From positions 91,762,001-91,826,000 of the forward strand of contig NW_024704743.1 of assembly GCF_018977255.1 (NCBI RefSeq): a stretch of 64,000 bases of DNA. Direction: 5' to 3'. Of this stretch, positions 49,976 to 63,475 are shown one piece after another (positions within the stretch are counted from its first letter, which is position 1; each line of letters opens with the position of its first letter). Under the pieces are notes generated by a model. It was not told where the DNA came from, made no database searches, and was given only the letters and a program-made list of their open reading frames with translations. Position numbers and translations under genes: made by a program. This DNA is from Callorhinchus milii. Taxonomy: Eukaryota.

Positions 49976-50646
49976 TCACGGATAAATTGGGTGAATATTC
50001 TTGATGTAGACAATACAAAATGATCAATTCCTGTCCAAAGATTATTTATTAGTGGTGAAAACCGCTGCATTCCTTCATGTATACCATTTCTATAGTGTTC
50101 AGATCCATGTTGATGCAACATCCATCATTGTATTTCCGTTGAAAATATATTGTAAAAGATAAACAATGGAACTCAGACAACACATGCCCTGACAGAAACA
50201 GTGACATGTGGCTTCTCTTTATATTGCTCTGTCATTAAAGCTTTGTGCCATGGCTTGAAATCCAGTTGAATGAGTGAATAATGATTTGAAACAGCGACAA
50301 TTACTGTCAGTGATTAAAGTGTTATTCATTGGCATTACTAATAGAATGTTGCTAATAACTGGCCCACATGCCACATAAACAAAAACCTATTTAACTCCAC
50401 GTGGTTACTACTATTTAGTTCATGACTGAGTAAGCTCCATTTTGTAATGGGGTGCTTGTGCTGATGATAACATTCAGCCTTATGCTTTATTAACCCTTTA
50501 TGTAACTCCAAGCAGTACTGCTCTGTATTTTGGGTGCAGTTGGTGGGGAGCTGCCATTTCACTGACATGTGCAGTCTTGTGAAGTGGGGGCAATCAAGGT
50601 CCCAAATCCCATGTAATTTCAGTCTCTTAATATTTATGATCACGCT

Positions 50647-50790
50647 TCATAGAATCATAGAATTATACAGTACAGAAGGAGGCCATTTGGCCCATTGTGT
50701 CTGTGCCGGCTCTTTGAAAAGAGCAATCCAAAGCAATCCCACTCCCCCGCTCTCTTCCCATAGCCCTATAAACTTGTCCTCCCATAAATT
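50647..50790 (-). mobile_element. CR1 3' tail
   Basis: catagaatcatagaattatacagtacagaaggaggccatttggccc...gccggctctttgaaaagagcaat matches 19815-19900. Confidence 0.85.
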
Positions 50791-53424
50791 GATAAATTCA
50801 GATTTATAAATTCTGAATTTCAGTCTCTGTTGAATTCCGGGCTAAGGTGCCCAACTAGATGGGTAAAACACTTTGAGACGTCCTCTCGATGTGTAAGGTA
50901 CTATTTAAATGTAAATTGTATTGTATTAATTAGGAGGCAGTTTCTTTTTAAGAATAGTAACCATATTAACTTCCATATTAACCAGCAACAACAACAACTT
51001 GCACTTATATAGCACCCTTTGAGTAGAACGCAGTCTCAGAAGACTTGGATTTATGAACTTTCCATAATTCTGCATGATCTTAAGTTTTAAGACAAAGCAG
51101 CCTTACAGGCTAAGATGGTGAAATCTCAGGCCTGTGTAACACCACATAGTCACGGGTATGTCAACAAATGACCTTACCTCACAGGTCCCCACTGTTGGTG
51201 ACACCTGCCAGTGATTGCAAATTGCTGTCAGTGCTGTCAGATCATTGAATCAATAAAAACTGCAGCTCCAGAAGTTTTAAAATATATATTTTTAACTCAT
51301 GACTTTTTTGGCACAGACCAGCGTTCATAGCACAGCCAAATCACACACCATTACTGCTGGGTTTGCTTGTCAGTGGCACAACCCACTGTAGCACTGCACT
51401 GCTGACATCAGCTCAGTGCAGTACTGTTGCCCAAATTGTGAAAGCAATGCACATTATTCTGCTCATTGTGCTTGTCTCAGGGATATGGTTATTCACCTAC
51501 ACCTATGACCTCAATAGGACACAGATGCACATGGAGCAATGGCATTTCCCACTTACCCCTCTGTGCAAACGAACAGCCAAACCAATGAATTAAGTGCGAC
51601 TGTGAAAAGGAGAAAGCTAACCCACACGACCAACGGAAAATGATTAAACACAGCAAATCTGAATGAGAAAGACAAGTTGTGTAGCATCTGGCATTAAAAT
51701 AGAAGAGAAGAGGAGCAATGCTAATTACTCCTAATAATGTTAATTACTCCTCCTTATTAATGTTAATAATGTTAATTTCTCTTCTAACCTGAAGTGGGTT
51801 CTCTCTTTTCCTCTTTTGAATTATGATGAAGGGTCACATCTGAAATCTTAGCCTCCGAAAGGCTACTGTCATTTCAGCAGCAGAGCCCTGCCCTTAACTC
51901 CCTTCAGCTTCCCACCGGAAAAAACACTGGTCGATTGTGTAGCTGGACCTCATTGCATTACATATGACATGATGACAGGGCATCCACATGTGGGCATAAT
52001 GTTATAGGTGGTCCAGACGCTGTATAAAAGCACCAACTCCCCATTTCCCCATCACCAGGAAGCAGAATCTAAGTGTGTTTTTACAGGCTGTTTGAGTTGG
52101 GCTATTTTGTCAGCTTCTATCAGCAGTCTGCCTCCAAATTATTAAGTGTCTCTTCACTTCAGTCCAAGAGTACACGATCACAAAGCATATAGTAATTCCT
52201 GCAGACATCAGACCTTGACAAATACATTTACATGTATCAAAGAGTGTAGTCAGGGTGAAATAACAACTCTGTGCAGAGGAACTCCATTATTTAAAATCTA
52301 TTTTCATTTGTGAAGTGTCTTGAAATCCTCAGTGCTTCTAGATTTCCTTCTAATTCCACACTGCGGTTCAGATTGCCACTTCAATAATTTATCATTGAAT
52401 AATTATCAGGCCAATCTATCATATTCAAGCTGGTTTCGCAGTACATCCTGTTGAATTATTGCAATATAAAATGATGTGTCCGTTCAGTCTTTCCCTGACA
52501 AGAACACTTACATTGTCTCATTAATTTTTATCAAACATACAGCTCAAAAGGGAATCGTGCAAAGAAATGCCAGGAATGCATCTATTATTGTCGGAATACA
52601 GGTTTGTTCTTTCTGTTGATAAATACCAATGAAAAGCACATAACTATCAGAAATAAAACATTTTCTTGGTTCAACAGACCCTAAATAGTCCTGGAGTATA
52701 TCGTGATCATGAGTAAGTATCCACATTGACATAGCTTGCATGAATTTGTGGGAATTATATTTTTAAATTCTGTCCCTCCCCGACCATACCAAGTATGGCA
52801 GAGATTTGAATCAGTGTACATGTCTGAAAGCTCAACCAACTCAAATTGCCTTCTTACTTGGATGTTCTGAGTTACTGAACGCAAGCTAGCAGAACAAATA
52901 AAATCAAATTTGCTGCATTAACCAAATGTCAAATTATTTCAACCCTGTCAACTTCTGAAGTGTTCCTGACAAGAGAGAGATTGAGAAGATTGTGTTTCCT
53001 GAAATTGTGGTTCAACAAATAAGCTTCTTTACCAGCTAGGCATATGTATCAGCACATTTTTAGTTATTAAATTGCAGAGCTAAACAGACAGTAGTAAACA
53101 CTGTTACTCCCCTGGTAAATAAATAATCTCTTCTAATTGTGCTGTACAGTTTTGTGACAGGAATGAAGCTCCTTTGGTAATATTGTTCACTAATATTCAG
53201 TATCTGCATAGCCTGGTAAGGTATGCAGAGTTAAGACATTCCAAAATCTGTACAACTCTGATAAACATGCATGAATGAAATTGTCAAATATACTCTGCAT
53301 ATGATAACGGATGAAATAGTTATTACTGTGACATCAATATCTCTTTTTTAATTCTTTGTTACATTGTGAATTTATGTGCCTATGATTCTGTTTTGCATAA
53401 GTTTGTACAGAATAAAACTTTATT

Positions 53425-53833
53425 TCAGAGTTGCAGAGAAAATTTGCGAGAATGATACCAGGGCTGAGTGGCTTTAGTTATGAGGAGAGATTAAAGAATT
53501 TTTGTGTTTTCATTGGAACGGAGAATATTGTGAGGGAGTTCCTGATAGAGGTGAACAAAATTGTCATTTCTTTCGATAGAGTAAGGGGAGTGAGCGATAA
53601 GAGGACACAGATATAAGACATTCATAAAACGACTGAAAGGAGGGTTTAGGAGAAATGTTTTCAAACTGAGAGTTGTTGGGATGTGGAGTGCCCTGCCAAG
53701 TAAGGGAAGTAGACAGCTATTATGAAGAATAGAAGCTTGAAGGTGGATGGGGATAGAGCAGGGAAGTGTGATTGAATGAACGCCTTGCTCTGAGAGCCAG
53801 TGTAAACTCGATGGGCTGTAAATTTCTATGATT
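53425..53833 (+). mobile_element. Old CR1 3' fragment
   Basis: QRKFARMIPGLSGFSYEERL; tail ctgtaaatttctatgatt. Confidence 0.8.
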
Positions 53834-54719
53834 CAATAATTATTTTTGGTGTCATTCAATCTATTTCTGCAACATGTATATAGATTTTTAAAATGATATT
53901 TTACTTTTCAACTTTGTTTCAATAAGTATTTCAAACGACAGGTTCTTTCAGCTCTTAAACTTTTATCAGGATTAGGGAATCAATATGAATAACTTTCATT
54001 TATAGAGTGGCTTTCACAGAAAAAATCTCTCAGCGTTATTTACAAAATAAAGTTGATAGGAAATTAAGTGATATTGTAATATTCTGTAATATTCTTGTAC
54101 AAGAAAATCCAGCAGATTATCTGCCTGGCAGTGCTCGATAAACCATAATGGCAAATTAAACAATTAATTTGAATTTGGGGTAAATAAGACAGGACATAAA
54201 TGCTCCAAGATGCTACCCTAAATTAAGGGTGCTATATAAATGCAAGTTGTGGTTGATAGCCAGAAGAAAGACTCCACTTTTCATTGAAATAGTGACTGGG
54301 GCGTGGGAGTGAGAGAGTATCTGTTTATATCCACCAAAATCACAAATCAGGCAGAACCTAAATTAATAACATCATCAAAAAAAGACAATCTGAAAATATT
54401 CTTTTATTTGCTGGGTGGCAGACATATACGGAAACCATCACCATGTTTAAAAAGACAGATTGGCATATTCTGACCTCAGCAGATCCACTTAGCTTAGGAA
54501 CTGGACTACCAAGACCACCACAGAGGGTTGATTCAATGTGAAAAATAAGCTTGTATTCGATATAGGATGTTATTATGTAGGCGAGCACAGCAGCAATTCT
54601 GAAATGACTGTTTCCTGAGTATAACATTTGTATAAATCTGAGCTGATTCACTGAACAACTTAATGAAAACCTATAATCAAATTTGCTGCCAGCTATTGTA
54701 ATGAATAGTATAGTTTTTG

Positions 54720-54862
54720 AACAAAAGGCAAAATACTGCAGATGCTGGAAATCTGCAATAAAAACAGAAATCGCTGGGAAAACTCAGCAGGTCAGGCAGC
54801 ATCTATGGAGTGAGGAAAGTGAGTTAATGTTTCAGGTTGATGACCTTTTGTCAAAACTGAAA
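54720..54862 (-). mobile_element. Penelope-like fragment with a degenerate hammerhead core
   Basis: The reverse complement reads cagttTTGACAAaaggtcatcaacctGAAAcattaactcactttcc...gatgctgcctgacctgctgag, homologous to 19582-19680. Confidence 0.75.
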
Positions 54863-56754
54863 GGTGTAGTTATTGAGTCAGTTGTATGTAGAAAGCTACA
54901 AAGAGGAAAACAGACTGGAAAAAAAGGCCATTGCATCCATCCAGCCTGCTCCTTCCAACAGATAACATACAATTTGTTTCATCAGAGACTCTCCCCAATG
55001 TATTTAATCTCCTAAGGAACGATAAATATCTTTCAGATTGTTCCTGGAGGTAATTTACCAAAACCTTTGCATAGCAATCTACCACGACCATCTACACTAG
55101 TCACCACTCATCAAGACCATTTTACAGGTGACATTTCCAGCAAGAATGGAACTGTATGTTGGGCAGTATATTTGATCATCTCTCTCTGCAGAGATCTTTA
55201 TAATCTTCAGCTCGTTTCTATCCAGACGTAGAACCTCTTCTGTAAAGCAGCTGACTACTTTAAATATAGACTATAATGAGATAGAGGCACGGAGGATCAA
55301 TAGCTCTGCTCATGTGTGATAAATTGATACCAGACTGAGATGTCATAAAAAGCATTTATTACACATAAGGCATCAAAGAATACTGACAAACCATGTGTCA
55401 TTCATAGTCCAGAGCTGTTTCCTTTTCCAAAATTTTTATTTCAAACATCATGGTAATTCTTATCACAACACTGCCTGTTTTTGTTACATAGAAGCAGATA
55501 GTGTTGTTTTCTCAAAACAGTGTACATGATTCCTGTGTGCAGCAGTGACAGAATGGTGGACAAACCCTTTGGACTCACAGAGATTTATAAGTCTCACTGA
55601 AATTCCTGAACAATGAGCTCAGTGACATTAAATTAAATTTTGTACATTAAATACAAAAGTATTGCGCAGAAAGCCACATAAAGAGAAAGATACAATTGAT
55701 GCATTTCACTATATTACTACTGTATTATTTAATGCTGCAATATCAACCAGACCCATTATAGTTTACAGTATCTGACAAAAACACAGAGAAATGTAAGCAA
55801 TAAATGTTTAATGATTACGTTAAGCAAAGTTATTTACCCACAGCTAATCCAGCTATGTGCCAGAGCAATAGCTCATTGAATTTAAAAGATAGAGGGATGA
55901 AAGTTTGGGCTTTCATGAAAGATTTGACACAATTATCACAGATGATAATTATTACAATGATCCTGTTGTGAAATGTTGCAGTTTTTGACCCAGGTCATTT
56001 TTGTGATTTTTTTCCCTTTTTCTTTCTCCTCTTCTAAAGACACGGAATGATAATGTAGCATAGTATCACTATGTATTCTCATAATGGCTGTGTGGTCAGT
56101 CAGTCGTGCAGTGTTTGTGCAGAAACGGTGTATTTATGCTCTGCTGTTTTCCATCCCCTGTACCCCAATCCCACCTGTCCAACAATAACCTGCCCAACTA
56201 CCCTAACAATAAAACCAGCCTTTCAGTGATTTTTTTTGTATATATATGTGCACTCAACTGAACTTAGTTCAGCTTCAGAGAGCTGGCTTGCAGAAAAGGG
56301 TTGGTTACGTTTTGTGCAGTGGGCAGGGTGGCGAGAGGAGGGGTAGAAGGTAGGATAAGGGAGTGGGGAGGATGTCAGACTGTTTGCACTCTTAGTTAAC
56401 AGATAACTCGTCATCTTAATGTGAAGCTGATGGTTTGAAAGCAGTAAGTAGGAACCTGACTGTTAGTCGAATAACAGATTTCTTTGCAGGCATAATAATC
56501 TCTTAAAAAAAAAATGATAATTATTATTTGAGAGATGTCTCAAAGCTAAGGCACAATATCAAATGCAAGGATTATTATTATTACAGTAACTGCTTACATT
56601 TATACATAACTTGGAGCGCTCGACACTGGCAGGGTAACCAAAGGTGCGGTAGTAGAGGAAGATCTGTTACTTAGAATTACATAGAATCTATAGTACTGAA
56701 ACAGGCCATTCAGCCCAACTAACCCACACAGATGCTTATACTCCAGATGAACTC

Positions 56755-57337
56755 ATTCAGAAATCTGCAGCTCGTGTACTGTCCCGCACCAGGCTTCGGG
56801 ACCACATCACTCCCACCCTCACTCGCCTCCACTGGCTCCCCATCCCCCAGAGGATTGATTTCAAGATCCTCATCCTCACTTACAAGGCCATTCACGGCCT
56901 TGCTCCCTCCTACCTCTCCAACCTACTATCCCCCTACTTACCTGCCCGTACCCTCCGTTCCTCCGGCTCCGGTCTGCTCCACGTCCCCCGCCCCAATCGC
57001 CCTACCATTGGTGGTCGGGCCTTCAGCCTCTCAGCCCCGAGGCTCTGGAACTCTATCCCCCAGTGCCTTCGCCGCTTCCTCCCTTTCCTCCTTCAAGGCC
57101 GGTCTCAAAACCTTTCTCTTTGACCGAGCCTTCAGCTCCCCTCTCGACTCTCTTCCCCCTTCTCGCTCCCTCCCATCCCTCCCCTCACCCTGACCATTTC
57201 CCCCTCCTCGCTCCCTCCCCTCCCCTCACCCTGACCATTTCCCCCCTGCTCGGGTCATGACCCAAACTGTGCAGCGCCTTGGGACGTCCTCCTGAAGTGA
57301 AAGGCGCTTTATAAATGGAATCTTGTTGTTGTTGTTG
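56755..57337 (+). mobile_element. Young L2 3' fragment, near-identical to 28582-29119, inserted in an antisense CR1 tail (56679-56754)
   Basis: Direct alignment by eye; tandem duplication of ...ccctcaccctgaccatttcccc in the 3'UTR; (TTG)n tail. Confidence 0.95.
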
Positions 57338-57881
57338 TGGTTGAACCTCCGCCCATCTAGATTCCCCTACTCAAGCCTCCCCCTATTCCCCTCTATTCCC
57401 TCTTGCCCATTCCCATTCCTTTGCATAATTTGGGGAACTGCTGAACTATTTGTGATTAGCTATTTATACTATTTAAATGCAATTCTGGTTCTCCCTGAAT
57501 GAATAGGGTATCTTGAATTAACTTGAAATGTCTGGTCAATAGCAAAGATAATTAGAAGTGTTTTGCATGGGAATAGATGGTTTATGGAGAGAAAAATGTC
57601 ACAAACTGGAATGGTTTTCAACTTTGGGTACCAACACTTCTGCAAAGGCTTGAAACTCCCCCTGATCTTAGTTTTAAGACTGTTGTCTTCAAATGTACGT
57701 TACAGAATTTTACAAAATACTTCAATCAATTTTTTCCTGAGTTCGTGCAGAAGGAATTTCAGGATTCAGGTATTCACAAAGCGAAATCTGAAGTTAAAGG
57801 AACCCATATGAAGATTGTATGACTAAATCTTGACATATATAATCATCTACATTATTCTGACACAGTTGGGTGAACACTCGT

Positions 57882-58208
57882 GGAGTCCTGTAGCTCAGTG
57901 GTTAGAGCACTCGCTTTGCAAGCGAGAGACCTGAGTTCAATTCCAGGCAGTGAGAAACCTTGGGCAAGTTTCCTTACTCCACACGCCTAATAATAATCCC
58001 TCCAAAACCAAAAACAATAATAAATTGGTCATTTTCAATCCACGACTGTTTGTGGGACATTGCTGTGCGCAATTGGCTGCCGCGTTCGCCCACAAATATA
58101 CAGTCAATTCACTTTACAGTATATTCTGTGAAGCGCTTTGGGACGTCCTCCCGACGTGAAAAGCGCTTTATCGAATGCAAGGATTATTATTATTATTATT
58201 ATTATTAT
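57882..58208 (+). mobile_element. Full-length young SINE: tRNA-Ala(UGC)-derived head + Deu-SINE 3' half + L2-like tail, (TTA)n
   Basis: A box tagctcagtggttagagc; anticodon arm ctcgc-tttgcaa-gcgag; B box gagttcaattcc; tail gcgctttgggacgtcctcccgacgtgaaaagcgc. Confidence 0.97.
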
Positions 58209-58844
58209 AACACTGACACAGTTATGAATGCATGAGTGGACCTTCAATGACGTTGGATGTGCGGCAGAAAGAGTGCTGTTTTTGTTTTGATCCTTATATC
58301 ATTAGTGCTGTTGTTGTTTTGATCCTGATATCAGTAGGTCAACACTAAACTGCAGGGTTGTGCAGCTGGGAGAGAAATTCCACCCTGGTGTAGACTTACA
58401 TTAATTTCTTAGCATTTTAGGGCTAATTTCAGGGTGATTTTGAAGGTGTTTTTCTCTAATTTCTTATAAGATCTACAGACAATTAGCTTTAAAAAATTAC
58501 AATTGAAGATAGATTTACAGAATTCTGCATGTTCGAGAGACAGGTGGACTTCCTCCCATGTAAGGCTGGTTACTTTCTTCTACTTGGTACTTTAAACTCA
58601 GATGACCTCTGGAGCTATTATTCTATTTCTAGCGATTTAAAAAGCGCCGAATGCCTCTGTCAGCTCTTATCAATCAATAAAGTACTAACCACCATTAAGT
58701 AGCTTTGTGCTTGCCATTTTTCCCTACTCCAAGTGAAAATTGTAACCTTAGATCCTCACTATTATCGCCGCTGAAGTGCCATTAGACATGCACTGCTATA
58801 TCCAGTAGGATGACAGCCTCAATTGGAAAGAAGAATAAGCTCAC

Positions 58845-59262
58845 TTTTGTATAGCATCAAATGTCTAAAAGACCTTTACAATAATTACTATCAAGTGTAA
58901 TGACTGTTTCTTTATAGGCAGAATCAGTAGTCATTTGTGTACATTAATATCCTTGATAAACAGCCTTGAGGTAAACAAATAAATTTATCAGGAGGATTGT
59001 TGACTTGGACTCAGGGTGAAATTCTGTTACGTTTTTGAAGTGTCATGGTGACGAATCTTTTACTGTCCACTTCGACTGGCACATGCGACCTCAATTTAAC
59101 ATCTCTTCCAAAGGATGGGACCTCCCAATAATTCAAAATTCTTTCAGTACTGTATTAGCATGTCAGCCTGGACAATGGGTTCCTATCCCAATATGGGGCA
59201 TAAATCCACAACCTTCTGACTTTCTAATCCAGAGGCAAGAATTCCTACTGACTGAGCCAGAC
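58845..59262 (-). mobile_element. Decayed Deu-domain SINE
   Basis: Head ccacaaccttctgact...ctactgactgagccagac (reverse complement of ggctcagt...); degenerate core. Confidence 0.65.
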
Positions 59263-60414
59263 AAACACATCCATATCATCTCTAGCTCTCAGGATTTTGT
59301 AGACCTGGATCACAGATTATTTTTTCTTCAAATGAAGTCAAGTTCAATTCAACAAGCCTCTCCTCAAGCCTTGTATATCCATGAGATTGGCAATCATCAG
59401 CTGTGCTCTTGTCCTTTCTGTTGCTTTATTTACCCTTTGAAGGTGGATTGCTCATAACTAGCACAATGGGGCTCTGATTTGTGGGATTCGTAAAAGAGTT
59501 CACAATTATAGAATGCTGTGTGTTTCCAGCCTGATGACCTCCAGAACTTCCCTGGAATGCTAATTGCATTCCTGATTTTTGCAAACTTGGATTGTAGTTA
59601 AACAGGAGCCGTTTGAGTGGAGTTCTGTACTGAGACACATCTAGGCATGTACGGGCGACTGCATTTGCAAATCTTCTTTCAAATATTACAACCATAGGTT
59701 GTCTTAGCATTAGAAGAGCTTCTTTAAACTGAGCCGAATCCCCTTAAAATACAATCTAGAAGTCAATTTGTTTGGTTGATAACAACAACAACAACAACAA
59801 CAAGATTACATTTGTATCATGCCTTTCACATCGGGAGCACAACAGCTTCAAATGGATTGGATGTTTCACCGAATGTTAAATAATCACACATAAATCATTT
59901 TTTTCCTCCACGCCTGTTCTAATGGACATCCCTTCACTGTTTACACATGTTTACTTTATCCTGTCTCAGTCTGCATTACCTTATATTTATCTCCATTAAA
60001 ATTCCATAACCCATCTGCTTATTTGATCAGAGCATCTAATATTCTATTTATCCTGTTTACTATATAAATCATCTGCTCACATAGCTTGGCTTCACTGGCA
60101 CATGTCGCAACCTCACCCTTCTCCTATTAAGATGTACATTGTGACCTGCAGGAGGTTCTGAAACCATCTTTGAAGAACTTTGCTGTCGTGGCTGCCCTCA
60201 AACTGATCACTTTTTCCCCCTTTATCATCTGTCCGTTGTAAAACCATTATACAATCCAACCAGCTAATTTATATTTAATTCCATGAACTGCAAAATTCTT
60301 TTGAAAGTTGCAAATGGGGAAATTATCAAATGCCTTCTGACAATCCAAGTTCTCACCTAGAAGTTAAGGTACGACCTCAAGGTATCTTGGACGACATTCA
60401 ACATTCTAATACAT

Positions 60415-60912
60415 ACTAGGGAGCACTGCATTGTTAGAGGTGCCGTACTTCAGATGAGATTTCAAACCCAGGTCCTGTCTGGCTGATGACGACAGGTAAA
60501 ATTGGTGACTCACTCCATGGCAGTTTACAACTGGCTGTTGCGTTTCACCCACAAAATAAACAGTCATTCCACTTTACTGGATATCCTATGAAGTGTTTTG
60601 AGACTACACAGCAACCGGATAAGGCGCTATATCAAATGCAAGGATTATTATTATTATTAGTAGTAGTAGTATTATTATTATTATCAGTCAAATGTTAAAA
60701 GTACCATGGTACTATTCGAAAAGAAGAAGGAATTTCCTGTGCTGTCCTGGCCAACAATCCTCCAGGTAAAATTGGTCATTCCCTTCATGTTTATTTGTGG
60801 GATATCAGGTTTGTCAAAAATACCCAGTGGCTACATATTACAATACATTACTTTGAAGTACCTTGAGTCTTGATGTGATAGGATGCTATATGAATTACAA
60901 AGATTATTATTA
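60415..60912 (+). mobile_element. Deu-domain SINE containing a second SINE 3' half (~60495-60683)
   Basis: The core is interrupted after caggtcctgtct and resumes at aatgttaaaagtaccatggtactattcg; two ggtaaaattggt segments and two tails. Confidence 0.75.
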
Positions 60913-61391
60913 TCTAATTCCAGTAGAGTTAATCAAAGACTACAGTTTTTATAGCCAATGTGGCTGACTCGCCTGATAAGCAATTTCAATGCTTTAACAC
61001 CTCTTGGGACAGAATCACAAATATTCACAGCAACGTTTAAATACAAATGAATGTTGTAATCAATCTTGATCACTAGTTTGACTATTCTAGAGCCTGCCTT
61101 TGATTAAGATTCCAGAGATTCTTTTGTGCAATGCACAATTGAAATGCAGGACAACACGTCGCAACATAAAATAGAGCGTTTCATACTGCTTTTACACTGT
61201 GATTTGTCGAATTGGCAAACCGATGCTGGAGTATTTTTGTACACAAATGAATGCTGAAGTGTTCCTTACAATGTTTTCTTTCCAAACAACAACAACCTCC
61301 ATTTAAATAGCACCCTTCATTTGGGGTAACATCTCAGAGTGTCAGCTGGGGAGAAAGGGGCGGTGACCAGGTGGTGGTGGTGACCACCAAA

Positions 61392-63475
61392 TTCGATGCC
61401 CTTGCCCCCCTCACCTCCCAAACTGCCTTCTATTCCCGATCCTCACCCTGGTTCACCAGCCATCTCGGCTCGCTTAAGGGCCAGGTGCGGGCTGCTAAAC
61501 GCACTTGGCTCAAATCCGGCCTAACAGTCCACCGCCACATCTGGCTGGACCTCATCAAGAGCTACCGCTCTGCTCTTGCCTCAGCCAAATCAGCCTTCTG
61601 TTCCAGGTTAATCGTGGAGGTGAAAGGCAATCCCAGGCTCCTGCTCTCCACCACTAACTGGCACCTCCGCCCTCCCCGACATGACTCGCAGCTATTTTCC
61701 TCCAATTCTCACTGCGAGAAAATGTTGGACTTCCTCAAGTCCAAAATTGAGGGAATCTGCTCAGCTGCCACTGCCCTCCAAACTTCTAACCCCTCCCTAC
61801 CCCCACCCCACACAATTATCCATCCGACAATCACCCTCCTTCCACACCTTTGAACCCATCACCCCCTCTTCTGTCTTCAACACGGTAACCTTCATGAAGT
61901 CCTTAAATCCCAGCTCCACCTCCTTGCCCCACTATTCGCCAACATCATTAACCTCTCCCTGTCATCTGGCATTGTTCCTTTCCCCCCTCAAAGCAGCCAC
62001 TATCACCCCCACCTTGAAAAAATCTTCCCTTGACCCATCACAGCTATCTAGCTACCAGCCCATCTCAAATCTCCCTTTCCTATCCAAGTTCCTTGAGAGA
62101 GCCGTTGCCTCCCAGCTTCGCTCTTTCCTCTCCTCTCGCTCCCTCCATGAAGCTTTCCAATCGGGTTTCCGTGCTGCCCACAGCACAGAAATTGCTCTGA
62201 TCAAGGTCACAATCGACATCCTGACCATGTGTAACCTGGGCTCCCTCTGCCTCCTCATCCTCCTCGACCTCTCCACCGCCTTTGACACCGTGGACCACTC
62301 AATCCTCCTCCACTGCCTCACCTCCCACCTCAACCTTCAAGGTTCTGTCCTTGACTGGTTCAGGTCCTACCTTTCACACCGCCTCCACTTCGTCGCGGCA
62401 AGTGTTTTCTCCTCCAGCCCCTGCACTGTCTCGTGAAGTGTTCCTCAGGGCTCTGTCCTCGGTCCCCTCCTCTTCACCCTCTACATGCTCCCCTTGGTGA
62501 TGTCATCCGCATGTATGCGGATGACACCCAACTCTATCTCTCTGCCTCCACCCTGAACTCCAGGACTACTGAGGTCCTGACTGACTGCCTGTCTGAAATC
62601 AGTCCTGGCCAACTTTCTCCAACATAACGTCAGCAAGACTGAGGCCCTCCTGATTGGCTCGTGCCTGCGCCTCCGCACCTCGGGGGCTGGCAGCATCAGC
62701 CTCCATGGCTGCACACTCAACCTCACTAAGCCAGTCAGGAACCTGGGTGTCTTGTTTGACCCTGAAATGTCCTTTCTCCCCCACATCCAAGCCATGACTG
62801 GCACTGCCTACCACCACCTCCACAACATTGCCAGACTCCGCCACTGCCTCACCTCTCAGGCTGCCAAACCCTTATCCATGGATTCGTCACATCAAGGCTG
62901 ATTACGGAAACTCCCTCCTCATCGGCCTTCCCAACTCTTCCCTTCACAAGCTGCAGATCATCCAAAACTCTGCAGCTCATGTACTCTCACGCACCAGGCT
63001 CTGCGACCCCATCACTCCCACCCTCCCCGACTCCACTGGCTCCCCATCCCCCAGAGGATCGAGTTCAAGATCCTCATCTTCACCTTTAAGGCCTTGCCCC
63101 CTCCTACCTCTCTGACCTGCTGACTCCCTACCAACCTGCCCGCTCCCTCCGCTCATCAGGCTCCAGCCTGCTCCATGTCTCCCACCCAACTCGCCCTACC
63201 ATCAGCCTCTCCGCCCTTACACTCTGGAATTCCATCCCACAGTCCCTTCACCTCACTTCCTCCCTTGCCTCCTCCAAGACCGTTCTCAAGACACTTCTCT
63301 TTGACTGTGCCTTTGGTCTCCCTCCCACCTCTCTGCCTTCCCTCACCCCTACACCACACCCCCTCCCCCACACACCCTCCCCCATGCTCGGGCCCCGACA
63401 TCTGACTGGTCAGCGTTTTGGGACGTCCTCCCGACGTGAAAGGTGCTCTATAAATGTAATTTTGTTGTTGTTGCT
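61392..63475 (+). mobile_element. 5'-truncated, frameshifted L2 LINE ORF2
   Basis: [52 protein letters not shown]; tail gggacgtcctcccgacgtgaaaggtgctctataaatg...(TTG)n. Confidence 0.95.

Noticed and set aside
52544..52884. Short minus-strand ORFs as possible exons
   Set aside because: No recognisable domain or convincing splice signals; the lengths are expected by chance.
57882..57950. tRNA-Ala(UGC) gene (also at ~30385-30454 and ~46478-46543)
   Set aside because: There is no proper acceptor stem or oligo-T terminator, and it continues directly into the SINE body in every copy.
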